DNA of 64,000 bases, from NCBI GenBank assembly GCA_965153285.1, contig OZ229119.1. The stretch is one strand, 5' to 3'. Both the position numbers and the translations under genes were made by a program. The DNA comes from Podarcis tiliguerta. Lineage: Eukaryota. Positions 10,131-23,958 of the stretch are shown one piece after another. Under the pieces are notes generated by a model, which did no database searches, was not told the DNA's origin, and saw nothing but the letters and a program-made list of their open reading frames with translations. How positions within the stretch are numbered: position 1 is the stretch's first letter; each line of letters begins with the position of its first letter.

Positions 10131-13100
10131 CTCCGTGTAATAAGGCAGCGTAAAAAGAAGTGTGAGCAACACAGCTATGAAAGATAGATAGATCTCCTCC
10201 GCAGCTCATTTGGGTATTATGCCCCATTGTCATCGACAAGGTATAAGGGGAGTTTACTACTCCTTTTAACAGGATTGTGTTTTAAAGCAATGTATTACAG
10301 CATCTCATCTGGAAGGATTTGAGAGACAAAAGTGGTGGCACAGAGTTGGTAGTGCCCACACCATGTCACTTAAGCTGCCTTACATAGTTCCCAGCTGAGA
10401 GTAATCCACCTCTTGGAAAGTACCCCAGTCTACTTCATTCACAACAGTAATTTGTTTTCTTTTTGACACTGTAACATAGCACAAGTCAAAGAAAAAACAA
10501 AAAAGGTTTACTTTTTAGTCGGTTTGCTTAGTGATACACTAAGGCAGAACAGAGAGATATTTGCATATGTGACAGGAATTTCTGCTCAAATATCACAGTG
10601 CTGGCCTTTACTGCGCAGTTGGTAGTATGGAAGAAACACCAGGAGCAGCTGTGAAATTATTATTTTGGAGACAATTTACTTTAGCTGTGGAGCCAACAAA
10701 TTATCTCTTGAAGTGTGTACACAATTCTGCTGATGGACTCTAAGGAATCCATGTTCAACCCAGGTGATTCTAATAAACTATGAATGGGGGAAGATACAGG
10801 GTGTTCAAGGTTGACTTTGTAGCACATGTTTAGTGATGTAGCAGTTTGGAACCCCCAAAGGTGGGAGATGAAGTGTGCGTCTGTGTGTGGGGAATGAGGG
10901 CTTAGAATACTTAAGTTGCCTCTATGCCTTACTAGCTCATGCATTCTGCATGTTAACAATATTATATTTAAAGTTTAACACTACCCTTCTAAAATCATGT
11001 CTCTCTTCCCACATAGGGATAAAAGAGATCCCCTTAAAAGCAATGACTAATTTCATTTGTAGCAGTGTCATTTTAATCAAGATATATTTCATGGCTAACC
11101 AGAATCCAGACGCTATCCATAGACCCTGGCTTCACATCTTGTCAATATCGCCAATTCTGATGACAACATTCTGCAAGCTTACATAAAGGTATCAAACTTT
11201 GTGTTACCAAAATGAATTGTACCACTACAACATGCTATTTTGCTGACTTTAGAAGTAATGTGCCATCACAAGTAGGTGAAAAGTAAAAGCTTTTAACACC
11301 CACCACTACCACCGGTGTCTGAGCTGCAAAATGTTTTTTGAAACATTCAGGAATTGAAATATTCTAATAGTTCATTTCATAACCCACAGTTTAATCTTTG
11401 GAGAATACTATGTTGAAGGTTTGACCTTCAGCTACACATTATCAGCAGCCCGGCTCCAGAGAAGGCTCCCAAAGTGATTATCTTAGGAAAGCCTTTGCTT
11501 AAATCTAATTAGCTCAAAAGTCCTTACAAATCTGTGAAGCACCACATTGCAGCCGTCAGATAGTATCTTAGTTTTGCTTTCTTCTTAGTTTTCTGCATTA
11601 CTAAATACAACTGCTTACTCAACAAGTGTTTAAACAATGTTTTATTAACATTTAAGACTGCCACAGGGCAGTCTCAACACAATTAGTGTTTTCAGCCAAC
11701 TTCAACAAAAAAGAAAAAAGAAAAATGAGAGCCTATTCATTATTTCCAAACATGAATCAATTTCTATTGATGATTCCACTACTGAGCAGTATAGAAATTT
11801 AATAATAAATTTGGTAAACATTGGCCAAATGAATTATATAACCTCTCCTTCGCTTGGTGCCATTTATATCATTCTTACTGAAGCAAGGCAGTTTCATGGA
11901 ACAAATCTATTTTGTGCAGACAGTAAGGTGACATGAGGTATGTGATATTATCAACACTACTAAAATTAATAAACTTGTGTACATCTTTCATTGTCCCATA
12001 AGTATTTACAAAGGCAAAATGAACCTGAAGTGCTCGATAAAGAAATCATTATTCCACCAAGTAACGTTTAGACTCCTATAGTACTTCGGAAGGTTTTCAG
12101 ATTGAAATCAATCTGCTTCCATTTCAGAAAGCAAACCAGGAAGGCCCAAGTAACTTTTTTTTTTTTTTACTGGGCAAGGACAGTTACATTCTTGGTCACT
12201 ACTGAAAATTGCTGAATCCTAGCCTAAAGGTAATTTAATTATGTGAAGGCAAAACTGAACTCTTAGACCCAAGCGTTCAATCCCATGACTATCTCCCAAA
12301 GATGCTGGTACTCAGATTAAGGCTTCTGGAAAATCTAAGGAGGCGCAATATGTTTGCATGGAAGCAGTACTTTCTGTGACAGTACTCACCAATACAGTGC
12401 ACCAGCACTTCAGGTTTTTTGCTGCCTTTTAAGCACTACTTTTGGCTACTGCTTTTGTCCCAATGGGCAATGCTTTAGAAGACTTAAGATTGTGATAAGC
12501 AAAAACAAAGAAGAAAAATGGTAGCATATAGTAATTCTGAAATCCATATTAGGCTACAAGAGTAGTTAGCTGGCTGCCTACATTCTGTATGTCTATAATG
12601 GTACACTATACTGCCATTCTTTTAATTGCAAATACTGAGCTTTAATATTTTAACCATACTTGTTCCTAGCCCTAAAAATCACAGACTAGAACTTCAAAAA
12701 GTATACTAAGCCTGAAGGAATCCAAAATGAAGTATTTTTGTCACCCACAATCTTGTTCCTTGTTCATCTGTACATCTGTTACCCTCTACCAAGAGCAATC
12801 ATTCCAATCCAACTAAGTGAATTTTATTCTATATATTTATGGTATATACCACTTCTATTATGGTGCTAAAACACTTTCCCACATTAGTCAGAATCAAGAT
12901 TACCCTGGAGGAAGAATACCAGTGTAGCCTCTGCTCAAAGCAGCAAGGTTAATAAAACAGAAGTATTTGGAAAATGTGAGTTTTCTCCTCTCAACTAGTC
13001 ACATTACTGAAAGCTAAACTTAGTGATAACACTGTTGTCAATACCGCCTGAAAAACACTCAAATGCTAGGTAAGCAAGCTACAAAAATATTTCCATTTCT

Positions 13101-15025
13101 GCATCTAAAAAGATGGAAATTTATAAATACTGACTTATATACGGGTCAAATAAGCTCTCTCATCCAGAACCAGTTTTGTCATTGCCTCTCAGAACCTCTG
13201 CAACTCCTTTACCCATGAACAACCCAAAAATGTCCCTGTCCTGGAACAATATAACTGAACTACTACTAGACTTTAAAATCCAACAAGGCATCACAATGTG
13301 GGTTTACCATTTTTTCTGAATTGATGCAGATATGATTTAGCATGTTTATCTGAATTACTATTCTACATAGATCTACAGTCACGGTTCCTTCAGCACAAGG
13401 ATTTTCGTTTCGTGGTAGTTATCTCCTCCTCTCCATTTCCTAAATCTATTCTGGCAATTCTTCCAACCCTCCAAAGAAGATTTGGTGATGGCACAGAAGG
13501 GAAAAATTCCTGCTTTGCTATTAGGAATCCTTGTGGAATAGGCTTCTCCTATTAATACAATTTAGTTGCATACAGCCCTGATATCATGTTACATTAAAAC
13601 TTTTTGAGGGGTTCCCCCCCCCAAAAAAAGTCAAAAGTGGTAGACTTAAATACGTCTGGGGAATCAAAGTGCTCTTTAATGTAATGCTACGTTAAAACAA
13701 ACTCACTTTACTTTGAAATTTTTATTAGGATTCTTGGAAGTATTTTAAACACATTTAAATAGGACACACTTCCCTTGCATGATATTTTATGTGCATAAAT
13801 GAGGAATAATTACTTGATTTAAGTTAACTACAACTTTGATTTTATATTTGATTGGATATTTTTCTATTCTAGCTGTCAGATCCTGCCTGTATTCAATATG
13901 TTGTATGAAATTATTAACAATGCACCTTTTCTACAGAAATCAATATTTGTGAAAAGTTTTTACATACTGTACACACTCTGTTATATTAAGACAGTATATA
14001 AGCCATTGCAGATGTTATACATTTCCATTATCCCTGCCCTCAAGTCCTGGATGTTGGGGGACTCTAATGGAGTCTATAATGTTGTGAACTATCCTATAAC
14101 CTGTGTTACCAAACACTCTAGGATAGTTAACTCTTGCAGTAGGTAGACAGGAAAGCTTTAGTTAGAAAGGTATTCTCAGGCAATTGATGTATTACAATTT
14201 AGAACCAAACAGTATGCAGAGTATTTTCAATTTTTGTGAACTTATGCTGAGCAATAACATGCATGGTGGAGAAATCCGTTTAAATGCAAGTAGTTTCTAC
14301 GCACAGCTTTTTTGTTGCAACATATACAACTTTAATGTCAACTTATCCAATTATTCTCCATTAAGCTAATCATGCAAGTTCCCACTCATTCCAAACAAAT
14401 GACTTGCCAGATTATCCATTTGGGCTGGTTCAACCAACTACAGTCAAACAATGTCCAATATTTCATGAAACAGAAAACAATGGTTACCAGCTTTGGAACT
14501 AAAAATATTTTTGTTTAACTTCTTTATCTTCCAGTTTCTAAAATTACATATAACAAACAATTAAATATCCTTTCCCACAAGAAACAGTCCATGCATATAC
14601 AATGTATATAATAGCTCCAATATTGAAAAACCAAAACCAGGGCACAGTGATTTAAGTCAAGAGATATATGGTCAACTAAACACAACCAATTACTCTCAGG
14701 TACATTGACTGATTGCCTTGAAATCAGCAAAAACACATTAAAGTGATCAAACATTTTACCATGGCTTTTCAAGAACTGACAAAAATGCAAAAGTTAATTT
14801 CTATACCATACCAAAGTACAGGCATCTTTTCAAGTCATTCATCTGTAAATCAACTGAGTAATGCACACTCCTTTACAGCTTAATAGCTGCACAGGTATCA
14901 CATAGTTGTAATTGTAGCTACCCAACAGCTTCTAGAGGATGTCAATGGCAACATGTTAAAATTCAAATAAAGCTAAGTGGTTCAGACAAACGCTTCAGCC
15001 TATTTTAGAGGAAGAGACTCAACAG

Positions 15026-15161
15026 CAGGCTTCCTCAACCTCAGCTCTCCAGATGTTTCTGGCTTACAACTCCCATGATCCCTAGCTAGCAGGAGCAGTG
15101 GTCAGGGATGATGGGAATTGTAGTCTCAAAACATCTGGAGGGCCAAGGTCGAGGAAGCCTG
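15026..15161. mobile_element. Palindromic hAT-type MITE
   Basis: CAGGCTTCCTCAACCT...AGGTCGAGGAAGCCTG long inverted arms; degenerate TSD ctcaacag/ttttacag. Confidence 0.85.
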
Positions 15162-17204
15162 TTTTACAGCATCCAATAACCTTCTCAATACACTATAAGA
15201 GTAATACAAATGCACAAGCCATGACATTCCCAAATAGTTCAACACACGTTCACTAGAGGTGTACAATTTAGCTCATACATACATTATATATTTATTTGCT
15301 GGATCTGTATTCTGCCTTTCCATCAAAGGATGCTCAAGATAGCTGTGTTTGTAGCCAGAGCTGGCAACAGCAAAATTCTATGATGATAATATGTAAGAAT
15401 ATTCAGCCATTGTGTGCGTCTGTATTTCAACTGGGGAGAAAGGAACACCGCCTTCCCAGAATTAGTTTGCACAAGATGGGAAAATAGAACGTTTTCACAT
15501 ATGCTAAGCAAAATGAACAGCACCTGCCAATGGGACTTCATGTACTCCTAGAAACTAGAATCAAAGTCATCTGAGTGTTTTGAACATCCTCAGAAAGAAA
15601 AAAGGTCCATCTGGGAGGGAGCAGAAAGTAACTGTTTTAAGGGCACTGTGTTGCACAGTGAGCACACAGTCAGGTTTGAAGGATTAGATTTCTATTAGTA
15701 AGTGGATATAAATCTTAAAAGTACACAGCTTTCTAAAGCATTTTCATCCTTTAAAAATGTGGAAGCGAACAAGTGCTGGCACACAGCTTTAACTTCCCAA
15801 GCTCCATTGAAACCTAATACGATAATTGGCAAAACTGAACAACCTGACACTTCATCTTATTACTAACAAAACTTCTCTATTATGCTTTAGTTAGCTTATA
15901 TTCTTATATCATATATATTTAGATATATTGTCTCCTAACTTCCAAAGCATAACCAAAATTGAAGCTCACTGATGTTACCTATTATGTATCATTGTAAATA
16001 TATGCCACAGCAGAAACTGAACATTTAGTTACCAACTTTTGAAAAGCCAATAAGAGGGAGCACACACGTTCTATGGTATTTTTGTCCTACCAAGAGGTTC
16101 CCTTGAGGGTGGGTAGATTTCAGCAATATACGGGACATGCAAATACACACACACAATTCTAAACTTATTGGTAAGAATGAAATGTCAAAATAAAGTGGGT
16201 TTGTGATCTAGTCAACAAAAAATGAAAAGAAATTTCTTCATCATGTTTTATTTTCTAATAGTTATAAGTTAATAGTTTTACAAAAATCCCATCTGGCTAT
16301 AAAGCTGAGGTTACAGGTTCCCCTTTGAATTAAACTCAAAAGAATTGCAGAAGCCACTCACTACAGCTTTGACCCTGCTTTAAACCCAGTTACGTTATAC
16401 AGCTTGCCAATTTAATTAAAGATACTAATTTCAAATTTGGTTTTAATTAGGCCAGACCACCTCCCCCAATACAGATCAAGTCAATCTTTAAGATTTTCAG
16501 AGAAGTCTTTTCACTATCGGCAGACTGCCATATGAAGAAAAGTCAGACGTAGGCCTTTGAAATACCCTCCGAAATGCCTTCCCTCAGGTAATTCATGGGG
16601 TGAATCTTGACTCTTAATTTGTTATTTCTCTGTTCTGTGCGTTGCTCTGTTTTATATGATATATAGTTTTGCTTCATCTTGACTTTAGCTAGTCCAGGAA
16701 ATTTTATGGACTGTTATGGTTGCACTTTTATTGCTTTTATGTAAACTGCACCTTAATTGCACCATTTCTGTTGCTATAGTAACCAAATGACTCAAAAGTT
16801 CTAAAAGGTAGTTGCCAAACTATAGTCCATGAGCTTCATGCTGTTGGTCCTCTTTGTGACTGAGAAGAACTGTGGGAGCAACAGCTCCTCGGTCATTCTA
16901 AGGCTTTGCACTGCATGCTGTCGGAGGCAAAACCTGTTTTGCAACCCAACTCTTCTGTGGCTAGTGGAACAATTCACATTCCCCTTCTCTCACATTCACC
17001 CTTCCTTCTAAACTGATTTCATTTTCGAAGTGTGGAAGGTTACTGGTTGAGAGCAGAGGAGAGGTAGCAACATATTTTACCCAGTCCTCCAACTCTAGTT
17101 GCAGTAGCAACTGACATCAGTTCCGGTAGCCCTTTCCACCCGCTCCCTCTTCTGGAGTATGTCCCTGTGCACCAAGGATGTGGCAGTCACAGAATATTAA
17201 TCAG

Positions 17205-17395
17205 CCAAAGGCCTGCTTGAAGAGGAACGTTTTCGTCTGGTTCCTAAAAATATATAACGATGGTGCCAGATGAACATCGCTGGGGAGAGCATTCCACAAA
17301 TGGGGAAGCACTGGAAAAAAAAGCCTGTTTTCATGTTGCCTCCCTCCAGACCTCACATGGAAGCGGCACAAGAAGAAAGGCCTCAGATTATAATC
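17205..17395 (-). mobile_element. L2-clade LINE 3' fragment
   Basis: gccaaaggcctgcttgaagaggaacgttttc...ggggagagcattccac...; reverse complement of an L2 ORF2 terminus. Confidence 0.55.
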
Positions 17396-18367
17396 GCCAC
17401 AGAAAAGTAAGGCTTACTTCTGAATAAAAGTGCATGAGCTCAAGCTTCTAAGGCTGTAATCCTATGCATATCTACCACTGATCTCAGTGGGGCACGGGAA
17501 CTGCTACAGGATGAGGTGTAGGGAGAAAGAGAGCCAAGTTGCAATTATGTTTAGAAGGGAAAAGTGGCAGGGGAAAATAATAACAAGTTTAAAGGGATTT
17601 TTGCAGATAACAGAGATTACATCTGGAGTGCTTTGAGTAGAAGTCTTTTCAGTCATTTCCCACCCGCTTCACAGATGTCTTGCCTTTTGCAACCAATCCC
17701 ACCTACACACAAATTCCTCAATAAATTCCACCCATTTCTGTTCCATATGCATCCCTTGAATTAAATATTTGCATTGATTACAATTGTGTTCTATTGCTTC
17801 TTTCAATACTTGTATATTGTATAATTAAATTCCATGAAAACTGTATTACAACAAAATAGATCAATAAATAAGCAATTAAAAGACAATTAAAAATCATACA
17901 GCATCTGACACAATGCATTACAACTGTTGCAGCTGGTAGAAAAACCCATTGTGGCCTGCCAAGACCCTCAGCAAGTTTCCAAGTGGTTCACAGAAAAAAA
18001 TGTTGGGAACCACTGTTCTAAACTCACAAAAGAGTCAGAGACAGAAAGGCAACATCTGTAAACCGATGAAGCATGAAAGAATAATAGCATCTAAGCATCT
18101 AGTAATTAATTTCCAAGAAATATTTTAAGTGATCACTATGAACAGGTGACCTCTGAACTAGAGCTGAAGGTTGGCCTTGTTTTACCCTTCACAGTGATAC
18201 ACAGCTACTGATGTAATCAGGATCCACCTATGGATGTATGTCCAGTGAGACACCAACAGGTTGATAAGTAAAATTCTGACCGTGGAAAATGTAAAGAGCT
18301 CAGATAAGTGTCTTATTTCTATCAATTCTATAGAATTTTATAAAACAAAATGAAATTTTGTATTATA

Positions 18368-18593
18368 CAGTGGTACCTTGGGTTACATACGCTTCAGGTT
18401 ACAGACTCCGCTAACCCAGAAATAGTGCTTCAGGTTAAGAACTTTGCTTCAGGATGAGAACAGAAATTGTGCTCCGGCGGCGCGGCAGCAGCAGGAGGCC
18501 CCATTAGCTAAAGTGGTGCTTCAGGTTAAGAACAGTTTCAGGTTAAGAACGGACCTCCGGAACGAATTAAGTACTTAACCTGAGGTACCACTG
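18368..18593. mobile_element. Tc1/mariner MITE (GGTTAAGAAC family)
   Basis: CAGTGGTACC...GGTACCACTG TIRs with TA TSD; near-identical copies at 35663 and 45948. Confidence 0.92.
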
Positions 18594-18984
18594 TATAATG
18601 AAGTTTTACACTACAGTACAGCTTGAAACTTCTGTGTTGGGGACTTCCTATTTTTTTTCCCTACCAAGCTAAACAATATGTTGAAGTGGTAACAGCAGCC
18701 AGAAAAATTCATGTATACAAGTGTGTTGTTTGTACCAGATTTAAACATAACCTCAAGAGTGATAACATTATATTTTATCACAGAAAGAGACTTTTTCTAT
18801 AGGCAACTAATGGTATGATTAGAGTGAGATGCTGCATGTTGTTCTATGTCGATTTCCTCTGCAAAGTTCCACTTAAAAAAAAAAAATGCCCCCCCCCCAC
18901 AACCCATCCTCTTGCCTTTCTCTGCTCAGACTGCCAAGGCTAGAGAGACTATTTAACTCTTTCCCCTCTCTTCATCCACCTTTC

Positions 18985-19060
18985 CCACAGGCATCTAGCT
19001 GACCACTGTGAGAACAAGATGTTGAACTAGATGATGTTTTGGTTTCGGTTCTTATGTCTT
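18985..19060 (+). mobile_element. CR1 3'-terminal fragment
   Basis: ggcatctagctgaccactgtgagaacaagatgttgaactagatg...ttcttatg; reverse of the 25443 fragment. Confidence 0.55.
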
Positions 19061-20160
19061 TAATGGTAGGCATTTTGGTAAAGGTCTGAGAAACAGCCTA
19101 TAGGATTGCATGGTCCTTCCCAACAACACCTCTTCAAAACCATCTCCCACACACCTTGATCATGGGTTAAATGTTATCAGTATGTTCCAATTGTTGATGT
19201 TAATTAAGATTTGAACTATTAAGACGTGTAGCATTTCATACAACACAATTACCTTATGACTTTGTTGTCACAAGATTGCCACTATGTGACTTGGCTACCC
19301 TACTGAACAGTTTTCCTTTGCAAAGCATCCCTTTCACTCCCAATCAGAAGCATGATAAATGACTATTTTTCACGTGGTAGTATTAGAGAACTCCCCCAAT
19401 TCCTGGCTCTTTTGCACTGTTTAACAGCACTGTAAGTTATACCCACAGTTGTATTCAACAAAGTAATCCTGTTAGCATAATGACTTTCTGCCTATGCAAC
19501 AGGATTTTCTTTTCTGTTCCTCCCCTCCCACCCCCAGCAACTGATCTAGAGGGTTAGCAGGGGCATGTCAGGATGTTTAGCACTGAAGGGTGATTTTTAT
19601 TCAGTTATGAAGTGGTAGATTCCCAGGCTACCACCAGGTGAACACCTGCATTTTCCTGGATTGCCTTGTTCTGTTTTGTTATTGGTGTTTTTCTTCTCCA
19701 CTTTCTGAGATTGCATCAATGAAAGATTTAATTGGAACACATTGGTTTCTGGGAAATGGTGGAAAAGAGGAAGTACTCTCCCCACAACCCTGAAGAGTGT
19801 TACTTGCTCTCAAGTAAAATCAGGGTATTGAAAGAGATTACATAGGCTTTTCTCTTTTTAGAAACGGATCTAGAGATATCTCTTATTACTTCTGTGGGAA
19901 GTTAATATAACTAGTAACATAAGTAGATTTTTTGATAGATGATTCTATGATGTACCACCTTACATTAATTTATCATTATTAATTATTTTTAAATCAAGAC
20001 ATTGCTAACAATTTTTATTTTATTAACCCTTATATCCTATTAACCTCTTATATTTCAATAAACTAGTTGATAGAACTTTTTAATTTACTTGGGAACTATA
20101 AGTAATTAATTACATTTGCTATACCAAAGAAAGCAAACAGAAGGTTAACCACAACTAACG

Positions 20161-20500
20161 CAGCAGTGGAGAATTTCCAGCCTGCAGGCCTCAGGTCTTG
20201 CAGCCCCTGCAGGCTATTCCCACCCCACCCCCCCCAAAAAAAACCCACCCATCTATCAATCCGCTGACATCAATTGCATGGGCTGATATGTGGGAAGAAA
20301 GCTCCTTTCTGTGCTTGTTGCACATGTTCCCTACAGAGAACTGGCAAACACACTACAAGATTTAACCCCTGCTCATCAGCTCACAAAGGAGGTTGAATTC
20401 TGCTCAGTTAGGGTGACCCCACACACTTTGCAAATCTGGCCCACAGTGTGAGATGAGAAAAAGATCTGGCCCACCGGGCGAAAAAGATTCCACACCTCTG
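20161..20500. mobile_element. Degenerate hAT-like non-autonomous element
   Basis: CAG...CTG termini and repeated subterminal atctggccc motifs; no clear TSD. Confidence 0.4.
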
Positions 20501-22050
20501 AATGAGCAGAACAGAATAGGGCATTTTTGTCTATGTTTTTTTAAAACGTATTCATGCTTTACACTATTTGAGAAGCTATTGTCTAATATGGATCAAAGGC
20601 TAGTAATACAAAATCAAAACCACCATATAGATAAATTAGAACAATGGTTTGTGAAAACCCCATTAAATGCCTTAAAAGGATGAGCAAGAAAGTCTTAAAA
20701 CATTTTAAATGTTGTATTTGGGCTTAAACCATACAACCAGTTATCTGTGTTTTTCATTCATACAGCAGTTAAGTTGAAATACACTGTAAATGCTAGAAAA
20801 CTGAAGCATCAGAGTCAGTATAGTATATTTTTGAAAATAAAGGTTGGGGTAACGAGATGACTTTTATAATACACACACACGGTTTATTTGACAGAAAGCT
20901 TTTGAGCAGATTTCTTATAACGGATGGCATGTGTAGAAAATGGAATGTTTAACACTACGTTTGTTTGTATGGGAACTGTTGTTACTTGTTGTACAATATA
21001 TTTCAATTCATAATAAAACTGAAGGACACCAATGTATCTGTCATGTGAAATGAGCACATGCCATGAATTCGGAACCTTAACTTTTCACAGGTTCCACTGG
21101 TGTTTTTGAAAGCTTTCAAAATATGAATCCTTAAGAAAGGCATCAACAAAACTGCTTGCCACATTCAGAAAAGTTGAGTGTGACTCTGCTGACTGGTGAG
21201 GACAATGAGAGAAGCAAGCCTCAGTCTCAGCAATGAAGTCACAGAACTGAATAAAAACTAAACAACAACCACCTATTAATTACAAAACATGAAATGCTGG
21301 AGTTAGTTTGGCAGGTGCCCAAACAGCCTTGGTGATACAGGTCCAAACCACAAAGTCAGTCCCTGCCTAAAGGCACTTATGGTCAAAGCCCAGCAATGCA
21401 TTCTCCCCACTTCATCTTTCCTTCAGGAAAGGCAGGTGTGCTTGGGACTGGACCCCCCCCCCAAAAAAAAACCCCTCATAGATAAATATCGCTAGGGCTT
21501 ATTTCCCAGCTAGATACTTACTTATTCTACTTCTTTGCGTGTGGAGCAGTAACCACCACGAGAGAGTACTAATCCATTTCTCATTTCTTTGCTTATTTTC
21601 TATCCCTTCATACTACTGTGAAACTTCAGCAATGTAGAGGTAGTAATCCTCAAGGCTGCATTTTAAAATGTTTCACTAACTTTAAGCAAAAAGTCACAGT
21701 TTGGGAACTCCAAGTCAACACAATTATGTGCAATTCAGGGTTTTTCCTCTGGGACTGATGGGGGCTATAATCCAAAACATCTGAAGGTTACCAGTTTGGG
21801 AAGGCTGCCCTACATTCCCTCAAAGGCACACACAAGACCAGGAAAATCTCCATAGTAGTATTCAAGAGGGTGTGAAGAACTGCAGCCAGCTACCAACTTC
21901 TGTGCAAGTATTTTGAGTACAGGTTCCTGTGATTCCAATTGTACCTGTATACAGAACTAGCAAAAAACCAACCAAAATATTTCAGTTTCTGACTAAAAAA
22001 ATGTCAAGACTGAAATAAAGCTAGAGACTCCTGTGGAAATATCCTAGTAT

Positions 22051-22428
22051 AAGGTAAAATAAGGTAAATGACCCCTGGAAGGTTAAGTTCAGTCAAAGGC
22101 AACCATGGGGTGCAGTGCTCATCTCACTTCAGCCGAGGGACCTGGTGTTTGCCTGCAGACAGCTTTCCAGGTCATGTGGCTAGCACGACTAAACCGCTTC
22201 TGGCATAACGGGACATCGTGACGAGTGCCTGAGCGCATGGAAAACCATTTACCTTCCCGCCATAGCGGTACTTATTTATCTACTTGCACTGGTAGACTTT
22301 CGAACAGCTAGGTTCACAGAAGCTGGAACAGAGCAACTGGAGCCCACCCTGTTGTGCAAATTCGAACTGCCAACCTTCTGATCAGCAAGCCCAAGAGGCT
22401 CAATTGTTTAGACCACAGCGTCACCCGC
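22051..22428 (-). mobile_element. Sauria SINE, divergent subfamily
   Basis: aaggtaaa tail, caggtcatgtggc core, tttaccttcccgcc...cggtacttatttatctacttgcac, and head ...gaccacagcgtcacccgc. Confidence 0.85.
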
Positions 22429-22574
22429 ACAGTGCTGTTTAAATCAGTTTCCCCACCTACTTAAGTATCAGAAGGAAAAAATTATTGCATTAACTTAGCA
22501 ACATCATTGGTGCATGTACAAACTGTTTAATAATCTGAAGATTACACTCAAAAGTGCTTCTACATTTGAGATGT

Positions 22575-22598
22575 CACACACACACACACACACACACA
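22575..22598. repeat. (CA)n microsatellite
   Basis: About 12 CA units. Confidence 0.95.
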
Positions 22599-23376
22599 AA
22601 ACCCCCTAAATATTAAAGTTACTAAAAGCAGATTTGCCTGCAACAAGCAAGTTTGTAGGAATGAATGTTTCACGTCAGAATACCAGTATTAAACAGTCTA
22701 GTTACTGACTTCAGCTGAAAACATGAGGTCTCACTAGATGGCATCATTTGTCTCCATTTCCTAAGATTGCAATTACTATATTGATTTAAGCACTATTTGT
22801 ACTACTGAAGCAGGTTCTAAAACACAGCCATAATATACTAAAACCAGTTGCTGTCCATTACCCCTTCCCGACTATTAAAGGAGTACTGTGATGACATGGA
22901 ATGTTTGCAAACATCCGGAAGCTTAGGAAAAACTTGCCAGGAGAAAAGTATTCATGAATAGTGCAGTTTCCATATGGAAAGATATAGTTACACTTGAGAG
23001 AAATATTTCACACTAGGCCTACAGACCAGAGACATGCTTGCTGTTGGCAGTAGAGGCAGAGACAGGTGTGCAGAGCAGGTAGTTTTAAGGCTGGAAACCA
23101 GTGTGACGAACACTGGAACTACAGCAAGGAGGTTCAGTGGGCAGTGAGCTTCAAGACAGAAGGCCTGAAGTTCAGGTTAGTCATTTGACCATTACATAAC
23201 TATCCAATAATGGTCAAGAATTTAAAGCACCACTTTAGAACCGCAAGACACGGTATGAGCCCAGGTTAGCTGTGAAATTAACTATTTGTAGCTATCAGTG
23301 ATACACAGACAAGTAGTTTTGTTTAAAATGAAATAAACACATCACATTTCTTACTCTAACGGCCTCAGAGCAAATT

Positions 23377-23723
23377 TAAAGGTAAAGGGACCCCTGACCA
23401 TTAGGTCCAGTCGTGGCCAACTCTGGGGTTGTGGCGCTCATCTCGCTTTATTGGCCGAGGGAGCCGGCGTACAGTTTCCAGATCATGTGGCCAGCATGAC
23501 TAAGACGCTTCTGGCGAACCAGAGCAGCGCACGGAAACGCTGTTTACCTTCCTGCCAGAGCGGTACCTATTTAACTACTTGCACTTTGACGTGCTTTTGA
23601 ACTGCTAGGTTGGCAGGAGCTGGGTCAGAGCAACGGGAGCTCACCCCATCACGGGGATTCAAACCGCCGACCTTCTGATCGGTAAGTCCTAGGCTCTGTG
23701 GTTTAACCCACAGCGCCACCCGC
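23377..23723 (-). mobile_element. Sauria SINE, near full length
   Basis: taaaggtaaagggacccctgaccattaggtccagtcg...cacagcgccacccgc; imperfect TSD gcaaattta/gcaaactta. Confidence 0.93.
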
Positions 23724-23781
23724 AAACTTAACAGCCATTAAAAAAAGATGTTAGCTTTTAAACATGTTTATCGACCTAGTA

Positions 23782-23958
23782 CAGTGGTACCTCCGGTTGC
23801 AGACGGGATCCGTTCCAGAGTTCCAGTCAGATCCCGAGGTTTCCACAACTGGAGGGACTGCTTCTGCGCATGCACGCACGGCGAAACACTTTCGTGTTTG
23901 CCGCTTTCGCAACCCAAAGTTTACATTACCAAGGGTAATGTAAGCCAAGGTGCTACTG
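23782..23958. mobile_element. Tc1/mariner MITE
   Basis: TA-CAGTGGTACC...GGTGCTACTG-TA; CpG-rich interior with a tgcgcatgca motif. Confidence 0.75.

Noticed and set aside
18368-18593. Regularly spaced GGTTAAGAAC/TCAGGTTA repeats resembling a CRISPR-like array
   Set aside because: These are internal subterminal repeats of a TA-flanked eukaryotic MITE present in three copies.
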